Shown: in pieces, positions 50,960 to 60,482 of the stretch | Layout: every line of letters begins with the position of its first letter | Numbering within the stretch: position 1 is the first letter of the stretch | Assembly: GCF_018977255.1 (NCBI RefSeq) | Contig: NW_024704742.1 | Span: 116,376,001-116,440,000, forward strand | Direction: 5' to 3' | Origin: Callorhinchus milii | Lineage: Eukaryota | Length of the DNA stretch: 64,000 nt | Notes under the pieces: model-generated | Databases searched by the model: none | Told to the model about the DNA's origin: nothing | The model's input: only the letters and a program-made list of their open reading frames with translations | Made by a program: the position numbers and the translations under genes

Positions 50960-51400
50960 AGTATTTGTTGAGGAGGAGACGGTTTGTGCTGCCTCGGTGG
51001 GGGTGAAATCTGCACTTCTTTGCAGCTGGAATTAAGAAATATACTTGGCAGAACACTGCATGGGGTCCTTATTCTGTGGCAAGTTGTCTCGGCAACCTTA
51101 GGGCTCGGGTCTCCAGGCTGCAAAACAGCTCCAGTGACAGAGAATTGTCAGAACCCATTAGTATCTGTAATGGGGTTAGGAAAAGTTTTTCCTATTTTTT
51201 TCCTGAAGGTAACACTAGGGTTAAGACCTTACAGCACCCGTCAACCCCCATTTTTNCTAAATACAAGGCTGTGCTTAGCCATGTTCCACTGAGAGTAATG
51301 AGCAGTGAGGTTCCTGGTGCTGAGGCTGGGCTCCACTTGCATGTTGCAGTGTCCATTTTTGAAATTACCACAATAGGATTAAAAGAGTGTGAGTTGGGAT
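50960..51400 (-). pseudogene. Decayed coding block FQKWTLQH ... HWSCFAAWRP ... SSSTNT
   Basis: W-repeat motifs; donor ACT|gtaagc; contains an ambiguous base N at 51256. Confidence 0.5.
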
Positions 51401-51589
51401 AATGATAATGTTAATCTCCCTGTGCAAGTATCTTTGAGAAACGACATGATGCACATGAGATTCCCTGTAGGGGATACACTCTTGTCCCAATGACTATTTT
51501 TATCAACCCCAATTTTGGGCATAAGAATAGCCAGCTCAGATTTTAAAGCCAAAATGAGCATGAGTTAAATCTGAGATCATTGGATTCAA

Positions 51590-52420
51590 AATTATTCATT
51601 CCAAAAACAAAGGGATTGACCGACAAATATAATTGAGGTATTTAGCCTTAGGTATGTAAACCAACAAGGACAAAATATTTTCGCTGGTTGGTGAGTCAGA
51701 AACTGGAAGGCATGCATTTCAATTAGTCAGTAAATGAGGTTAGGAGAATGTTTTTACATACAGAATAATAATAATAAACCTTGCATTTGATATAGCACCT
51801 TATCACATCTTTGAGATGTCTCAAAGTGCTTCACAGAATATACTGTAAAGTTAATTGACTGTATATTTTGTGGGTGAAACTCGGCAGCCAATTAGAGTTG
51901 TTAGAATATGGAGTGCACTGCTGGCAGCAATGGTGAATGTAGAATCCATATCGGCTTTCAAGAGGGAACTAGATAAATACTTGTTTACCTAGCAGTAAGT
52001 GGGAATCCGGTTGTTGGTCGATTGGAGAATGGCTTTCCAAGGGTAATAATCTCTTTAAAAAAAACAATTTGGTCACTCAATACAACAACAACAGCAAGAT
52101 TACATTTGTATAGCGTCTTTCACTTCGGGAGGACGTTCCAATCCACGACTGTTTGTGGGACACTGCTGTGCGCAATTGGCTGCCACGTTTAGCCACAATT
52201 CACTTTAGAGTATATTTTGTGAAGCGCTGTAAGACGTCACAATGACGTGATAAGGCGCAATATCAAATGCAAGTATTATTATTAAAAAGAATCAACTACA
52301 GGGATATGGATACAGGGCAGGAAAATGGGACTGAAAGGGTTGCTCTTGAGGGAGCTGGCACATATACGTTGGACCTAATGGCCTTCTTCAGTGCCATGAA
52401 TTTCTATGGTTCTCTGATGC
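51590..52420 (+). mobile_element. CR1 3' fragment carrying nested SINEs and an L2 tail
   Basis: CR1 UTR pieces separated by SINE(-) 51762-51893 and SINE(+) 52040-52285, which contains L2 tail(-) 52081-52140. Confidence 0.7.
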
Positions 52421-52959
52421 TAGGTTCAGTTCCATGAGCTAGCTGATGTCAGTCAGGGTGGAACATAGCAGTTCTACAATTGACTTCAGCAACTCCATGT
52501 TTAGAGAAACATTAACATTAACCAGCTAAAACAAAAACTAAACAAAACGTTAACCAGCTAAACTATAATTGTTAAAAATATTCGTTAATATTTTGTAAAC
52601 CAAGTGAATGTGAAACATATGACTTGAGTATTGTGCTGTATTAATGGATTTGTAGTAAACTCAGAAGTCCAGTGAAGGGTTCAGTTAATGTAGTTGCCAG
52701 ACTTGCTAATATAGTGCATTAGAAAGCACTGAGGCACAAACTCAGGATGAGGTTTTGAATTCAATTTGTCTAGGTGTGACTTCATCTCATAATAAATTCA
52801 CAAGTGATCTCATCCTTTCAAGAAAACTCCCCCAACCGACCACCCATTACAACATCAAGCTGTTATTTGAATGAGCCCAGCATCTTGACTTCAACCATCC
52901 TTACCAGTAATCTGTTCCAGCTGTTAATTACCCTCTGGATAAATAAATATTTCCTGATG

Positions 52960-53269
52960 TCTGCACTGAAAGTGCGCATTGCTATTGTGAATCTGTGTCC
53001 CTCTTGTGCTGCAGCCTTGGCATAAATTGCTGTACTGTACTGTACTGTAACTGGAGCCTATAAAAGCCTCTGGACATAAACCACAAAAGCAAGGCGTTTT
53101 TCTGTAATGTTTCAGTGTATTTTTTCTTGAATCTTATGGACCTATCACTATCACTATTAATTTCAGGCTTGTCACTGCAGAGTAGTACATCAGTGGTATT
53201 CCCGATAATTTGAAAACTCACAATTTGGCAAATAGAACTACAGGAGCCTCCAGCCCTCAACAACTATCT
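52960..53269 (-). pseudogene. Pseudo-exon ...RFKKKYTETLQKNALLLWFMSRGFYRLQLQY...
   Basis: Strong acceptor tttttcttttgatcag; ORF 52982..53263 preceded by an in-frame TAG. Confidence 0.45.
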
Positions 53270-53529
53270 CTGATCAAAAGAAAAATTACACAACATTAGC
53301 ACTGATTATACTTCTGGCATTCTAGCCTTGAGTAAAGGAAATTAATCCATTCAATGTCTTGCCTGGACCAGCCAGGTGATCAGAAAGTATGAACTACATT
53401 TTTTTCTAGGTTGGTACAAGCCCAAAGTAGATAGCTGTCAGCAGGTCTGGATTAAGGGATCGTGGTGCCCTAAACCAGATGAAGTTTGGGGGCCTTTGTG
53501 GAAAAGGGTAGGGAGGGAATGAGTCACCT

Positions 53530-53790
53530 CTAGTAGTTGGGACATGCATGGATGTTGGGTAAGGACAGGAATAGGTTGAGATGATCCCCCCACCACCCCT
53601 TCCCCCTCCTCCCTTCCCCGAAGTTGAACAACCTACTGATGAAGATCAGGGTAGGATCGCAGGCTGATTTTCCTTGTCTAGCTCCGTTGCAAGCCAACCA
53701 CTGTCCCAGCTGTGATCAGCTAAACCCAGAACAAACTGGGATTCGATCCTGTGTGACTCTTTTACCCTCTAGGCTATTGGTGGAGCGCTG
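53530..53790. mobile_element. LF-SINE-like fragments in both orientations
   Basis: ggatgttgggtaaggacagga on + and ggctgattttcc...gatcagctaa on -. Confidence 0.5.
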
Positions 53791-54176
53791 ACAAACTCAT
53801 CCTTAAGGAATAATTTTCTTGCTGTTGACGTGAATGTTCTGCCAAGTGTAAAATCACTCCTCTGAACTTACTCGTCGCCTGAGGGTGCATATTTTTCAAC
53901 TTACTGCTTTTCCTGTGTGAGTGTGTGTGTGTACACTTAGGATGGGTGGGGAGGGCTTGAGCACCTCTTAGGCAGATGCTTGTGTCATTTGGTCAGCAGT
54001 TCATTTGCCTGTCCGTTGAATTTTATTACCTCTTGCCTCCCAATCTTTGCCTACAAAGTATACAGTCACCACACTTTACATTCTAATCTTGTGAAATGCT
54101 TTGAAATGCCCTCCTGATGTGAAAAATGCTATATCAAATGCAGGGATTATTAATTATAAAGCATAGGGATAATTAA

Positions 54177-54595
54177 TTAATAATAATCCTTGCATTTGAT
54201 ATAATGCTTTATCACACTGTTGAGATGTCTCAGGCACTTCATAGAATATACTGCCAAGTGGATTTGACTGTGTATTTTGTGGGTGAAACACAGCAGCCAC
54301 AGTAATGTCCCATAAACAGCCATATAGTGAGTAACCAATTTTATTTGGGGTATTGCTGGCCAGGACACCGGGAGAGACTCTCTTCTCTTTTCGAATAGTG
54401 CCGTAGGATCTTTAACGTCCATCTGACCTCAGTTTAACATTTCATACAAAGGAAGGTACCTCCAACAATGCAGCACACCCCCAGCACTGAAATGGATGTC
54501 TGGCTATATGAGTTCAAAGTACTGATATAGGACTTGAACCCACAACCTTCTGACTCAGAGGCAAGAGTGATGCCAGCTAAGCCAGGCTGACTTAC
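54177..54595 (-). mobile_element. Older Deu-type SINE
   Basis: Head, core and tail. Confidence 0.8.
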
Positions 54596-56059
54596 TGATA
54601 GCCCTTTAAATGCACAGTTGTAGATTTGCAAACGTTCTAAAGTTCTGCGACTAACAAAATGATGATGCTCTGCAAACTCTGCACATATCTCCGAAAGCTG
54701 CAGTTTGTATATGTGAAAAGTGAGTGGAGCCGGGTCAAATAGCCTGATAATTTAAATCCAACATTTGCATGATTTTATTCAAATCCTGCAACGTATCATC
54801 TGTGTTCTCCAAATTCTTAATCGAAAGAGTGTTTAACAAGAATTGGAGACCGCTGATTCCACAATAAACTACTGCATTATCCCTTTAACTGAGAGGCTTG
54901 CGATAGACTGTTGATGGCTGAAACACACTTGAATGAATCACTCAAAATTAGGATCAAGTTCCAGCAGTCACCTCCCTTTACCTTGCAATTTCTACATCCT
55001 AAAGCAGCACAGTTTAATTGTAGCAAAGATTTATGTTTTTCTGTTAATTATACGGTGACTGACTACTGCTCTAATCGGACATGATGTGGCCCCTGTACCT
55101 TTACTGCTGCTTTGATGTTAATCCTTTATATCTAGTTTAAGGATATGTTACTCTAATACTCTGTTTAACCCATTGAAGAAAAGCACTGCTTAAATTCATA
55201 TACTTTATGTGGATGTAATGGCTGCAAAATGGCTGGAGACTGATAATGACAACAACAACAACAACAACAAATTACACTTGTATAGCACCCTTCACATCGG
55301 AAAGACATCCTAGTGACTAACACTGGACTAAATTTTTTGCTATTTCTTAATGGAATTCCTTAATAAGAAGTCTGAGTTACTCAAATGAAGACTCCTAGCA
55401 GTAACTGGAAATACATCAGGCCAACCCATGAGAATTTTACTCCACTGTTATCTACTTCTGGAGTGGATTTCCCTTAGGCCAACGGAAAATAAGAAGACTC
55501 CCTTATTCATAGTTCCTGTTGAGCAATAGTGCAAATTAGATCCGATAGTTTTTATTATACTTTTCAGCTGGTAAAGTTACTGCTTTTACAACGATAAGCA
55601 GGGAAGAGCATCAAAGACAGCAAAAGACATGGTCAAAGCCCTCCTAATTCTCCCTGTAGCGAATAGTGAATGAGTTGCCTGTTTGGAGCTTCCCCAGTCA
55701 CTGTGGAAGTTTAAATCTTTAGTGTGGTGGGAGGAAGGATGGTGGAGCAGAGGGGGATTATTGACTGTGGTTGTGCAAGCTATCACTCACATCACTAGTT
55801 ACTGCATCCACAGTTGCTTAATTTTTTTTTAAGTTTGTCTCCAACAATTTAGCCGATCACTGCTAAAGTTTCTGACAGTTGCTGTATCACACCTTGTAAA
55901 GGGAGCAATCGTTTGTGCATATAGGGATCATGGGATTTTTTATGCCTTTGTCTTGGTTCCAGCAGTGCTACTGTTTTTTTTACGAGCAGTGGGCTCCTGA
56001 TATGTTAAAGATCAGATTACAAAATCACAAATCTTACAGCAACAAACAGTTGCTGAATT

Positions 56060-56285
56060 ATTCTGTTTTGGTCAGCCACGCGTCTGACACATGCAGAAAC
56101 TCGTCACCTGCCCCCTCAAGTCCTCCCAATGGTGAGCTAGGCCGGCTGGTTTGTCATCAGCAATGCCCTGGAGTACTGCGGACCCACTCGTTTCAGGAAC
56201 TGGATTACTGAGACCACCACGGAAGACTGTCTCATTTCTGACATTTCACTGTCAAGCAAATCACCTTGAAGACAAACTTCAATAG
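56060..56285. repeat. Unclassified interspersed repeat, copy 3
   Basis: ggtcagcc.cgcgtctgacacatgcagaaac and gccctggagtactgcgga...caggaac match 33540-33800. Confidence 0.6.
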
Positions 56286-57029
56286 TAAATAGGAGCAAAA
56301 TTAAAGTTATTCAGTGGCTTTGAGATGTTGTAATCTTTATTATTATGACGAACTGCTTAACTCAACGAGCCCCCCCGTCCCTGAAAGATAGTATCGAATG
56401 AAAGGATTATTCCAGTTCAAGATTCCTGTAAATATTGGGGTTACATACATCTATATGCTGTTTGTATGCATGTGTGTGCTCTGTCGCTGTATAAATCTGT
56501 GTGTTTCCATTAAATGCTGTTTTTGTATGTGTGCGGTATATAAATTGTAAATACACTTAGCTTTACATTTATTTGTAACATTCACTAATCTTCCAGATTA
56601 ACCATAAAATGAATAGAAACTAGCCATTCCAAATGGGAAACCTATGGTTAAATTTGTGCAGCCAATCCATTTCTGATCGGTTGTTGTAAAACAAAGATAA
56701 GAGGTTTACTCTGCAGCTGCCAAATAAATAAGGACATCTGTTCAGGTTTGGATTAAGAGGTCTACATCATTAGGTCAAGAAAAAATCTTGTAAAACAGCC
56801 CTGACAGCTGTAAACAGGAGCAAATTTAAGATTATTCAGTGTAACGGTGGTTTTAAGATGTAATCTTCATTATAATTATGCCTTTCAACCACAATAAAAT
56901 TGTGATTTTAATAAGATAATCCCTTTCATTTGAACTGGTAAGTCAATAATCCTCCCCACCTCTCCCCCACACACACACTCAATTCTGAGGTCTATTACAA
57001 TACCATAATACAATTTACATTTTACATTG

Positions 57030-57305
57030 GCAAAAGAACCAGAGAGGAGATGAGAAGACATGTTTTTACGCAGCTGGACCTCTGTTACGATCTGAATGTA
57101 CTGCACTGCCTGAAAGGGTGGTGGAAGCAGATTCAATAATAATTTTCAAAATGGATTTGGATATATACTTGAAAAGGAATAATTTGCAAGGTTATGGGGA
57201 AAAAGCGAGTGAGTGGGACTAATTAGATAAATCTTTCAAAGAGCCAGCACAGGCACGAGGGATCAAATGGCCTCCTTCTGTGCTGTAGGATTCTATGATT
57301 CTAGG
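57030..57305 (+). mobile_element. CR1 3' end
   Basis: 3' UTR motif with ATTCTATG tail. Confidence 0.85.
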
Positions 57306-57424
57306 ATTTATATAGCACCTTTCAAGTCTCAAAATGCTTAACACTGCTGCCCAGACACCCGAGTAGGGAATGAAAGCGAGGGTCTGGAGACAGGAAAGCT
57401 AACTGAAAGTACATTCAAAGAGGC

Positions 57425-58210
57425 AACAACAACAATAAAATTACATTTTTATAGTGCCTTTCATGTCGGGAGGACATTCCAAGTTGCTGGACAATCAGTA
57501 CTTTGGACCCGAGCTGGGGGTCAGGATAGTGGAGGACAGAGGAGAGGGGAGGAAGGAAGGTGACCAAAGACACAGTCAAAGTGGAGGGTCTTGAGACAGG
57601 TCTTGAAGGAGGCAAGGGAGGGGTCGAGGTGGAGGGACTGCAGGATGGAGTTCCAGAGGGTGGGGCAAAGTAGCTGAAGGCCCGCTAATGGAGGGGTGGG
57701 CGAGGCGGGGGATGTGAAGCAGGTTGGAGCCCGCTGAGCGGAGGTAGGCAGGTTGGTAGGGGAGTAGGAGGTCGTAAAGGTAGGGGGGACCAAGGTCATG
57801 GAGGGCTTTGAAGGTGAGGATCTTGAACTGTATCCTCTGTGTGATAGGAAGCTAGTGGAGTCAGGCAAGTATAAGGTGCGGGAGAAAACACAGACTCAGA
57901 GATCTGGATGATCTGCAACCTACGGAGGGAGGAGTTGGGGAGGCCGACAAGCAGGAAGTTTGCATAGTCGAGCCTAGTTGTTAGGAATGCGACTATGAGA
58001 GTCTCGGCGGTCTGTGGTGTGAGACAGTGGCAGAGCCGGGCGATATTGTGGAGGTGGGGGAAGGCAGAGTGGGTCATGGCACGAATGTGGGGTAGAAAGG
58101 ATAGTTGAGGGTCAAACAAGATGCCAAGGCTCCAGATTGGTTCAGTGAGGTGGAGTGTATATCCCTGAATGGTGATGCTGTCAGTGCGTGAGGTGTGGAG
58201 GCGCTGATTA
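57425..58210 (-). mobile_element. L2 ORF2 C-terminal fragment and tail
   Basis: LGILFDPQLSFLPHI and RLDYANFLLVGLP. Confidence 0.9.
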
Positions 58211-59892
58211 AAAGGAAACAGTGATACTTGGGGAGTCAACATATTAAGGGATTTGGCAGGTACATAGTCCAGGGAATAGTTTGTGGTAGAGTGGACTCAA
58301 TGGGCAAAATTCTTCTCCTGCTCCTAATTTCCCACTTTCAAAGGGATGTTCCACCCATATTTCACTCTTAAGAGATTAATGCTGTTTTCCTGTATATCAT
58401 TCACTGTATTCATGGAAAAGTCTTTGACAAACATGTTTTTTTAAATCTGGTGTTACTGTATTTTCATTAAAATGGTCAAAATAAGACTATCAAGCAGGAG
58501 ACTTTCTAGCAGCTGAACTGTAGTTTACCCATTGCAAATCCTGCCTTGCCTCCTCCTTGCCCATCTTGGCTATGGTCACTTCCCTCCTCGCTCTAGCGTG
58601 GTGTCATTAAGAAATCTGAGACGCTACCCACATGAAGGGTGCTATACATAAAGTTGTCATTATACAGTATTTCTTTAAGATATTCCATATCAAAATAAAA
58701 GAAAAAAAACAGTCATATGAACTAGATATAAGGATGTGTTTTGATATGATTTACATCACGTGCCTTGAAAGTTTGGCAAACAGTTTCCAAGGAAGATGGA
58801 GTTTCCTCAAAACCTACATACAAGACCTTGGAGGCACATTGTGAAATGTGAACAATTGAAAGCTGACTAGCAAAATATTACCTTGATGAAGTCTTCCTTG
58901 ACTTTCTGCCATCTGCATTTGCGTATTGTTGATCGTATTAATTCAACAGTGTCCTAGTGTGGGAATGAAAAAGCTGACAAACCTGTATTTTTGTTTCTGT
59001 ATCAAAATGTCTCAGAGTGGTTGTGTGGCAAATGCTGTCAAGTGTAGTCACTGTTTTGGCAGACATTATTTGTCAGACATCTTCTGCTAACAAAAACCCA
59101 CAAACAGCCATGGGGTGTATAACCAATTAATCTGGAAGATTGTTGGCCAGGACCCTGGGAGAGGCTCCAGTCCCTTTTCAAATAGTGTTATGGAATCTTT
59201 AACCTGAATAAGCAGACCGGCTGTGGTTTTTGACAGCTTATCCAGAGGCTCTGACAATGAAGCACTTTTCAACTACTGCACTGCAGTGTCACCAGCACAC
59301 ATCCTGAGGTAGGGTCTGATCCCACAAGCTTTTCACAAATTGAACTCATTCAGTTTTGACACAAAGCAATGACTTTTCCTGCCTTCGATACTCTTATCTG
59401 GACCTGTTTACGCCAAATCAGGTCTCAGATCCAAAGGATTGAAATCTACCCCAGACACCTTCCATTTCAATGATAGCTTCTTCACTCCCTGTCAATGTGT
59501 GGCTGAAATCAGGTTACTTTAACTTACAGATTCATTTCAAACTTTGCATTTAAAGTCTCCAAATAAAGGATAAAACACACACAACATAGGTAGTTTGAGA
59601 CATACGTGCATGCAGCCTCCACAAAGGTGGAAGGCAAACTAGATGGACTTTGGTCTTTATTCTCATCTAGCATTTCTTATGTTCTTATATTAACATGTAG
59701 ATAAACAGTGTAAACAGACAAATTATAGTATAAGCAAATATTCAACATCTCTAGGCAAATATAAGTCATTTCAAGACAAGTTCTATTTCTGCAGAAATAA
59801 TCCTCCTTGGGTGTGTCAGTTGCCTTAGTTCCTCACCTCTTTGTTTACCTGAGACGTGACCAGGAAATTAGAATATGCTATAATTATTACTA

Positions 59893-60218
59893 AGTCCTGT
59901 AGCTCAGTGGTTAGAGCACTCGCTTTGCAAGTGAGAGACCTGAGTTCAATTCCAGGCAGAGGGCGAAACCTTGGGCAAGTTTCCTTACTCCACACAGAGC
60001 CTAATAATAATCCCTCCAAAACCAAAAACAATAATAAATTGGTCATTTTCAATCTAGGACTGTTTGTGGGACATTGCTGTGCGCAATTGGCTGCCGCGTT
60101 CGCCCACAAATATACAGTCAATTCACTTTACAGTGTGTTCTGTGAAGCGCTTTGGGATGTCCTCCCGACGTGAAAAGCGCTATATCAAATGCAAGGATTA
60201 TTATTATTATTATTACTA
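59893..60218 (+). mobile_element. Young tRNA-SINE, near full length
   Basis: A/B boxes, stem-loop and (ATT)n tail. Confidence 0.92.
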
Positions 60219-60482
60219 TATCCAGAGACCACCACTCCACCCCAATGAGTCTCTATTACAAGCCTGAGCCTCTTGTTATACTCATTATCAAACAAAAAGG
60301 ACTACCTACAGGGAGGAGGGAGAAATTCAAGTGATTCTAAAACATTATCAGTTAGAAGAAACCCATGTAACACATGACAGGCTTCTGGGCATCACATGTA
60401 CAACAGGGACAGGTAATTTAAGGAATTGAAGTATACATAATAATCCCTGCATTTGATATAATGCCTTTCATATCAGGAGGAT

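Larger units (their letters stand above)
328..53269 (-). pseudogene. Decayed multi-exon gene encoding SFI1-type Trp-repeat (centrin-binding-like) protein; tentatively C1orf167-like unitary pseudogene
   Basis: About 20 collinear minus-strand blocks, many bounded by yag/gt splice sites. They translate to recurring (L)xxx(F/L)xxW motifs with many in-frame stops and frameshifts, and SINE/L2 insertions fall inside exons. The C1orf167 assignment rests on recalled family features only. Confidence 0.65.

Noticed and set aside
51083..51096. RFX X-box-like GTTGTCTCGGCAAC
   Set aside because: Lies inside a decayed coding block with no promoter context; likely chance.
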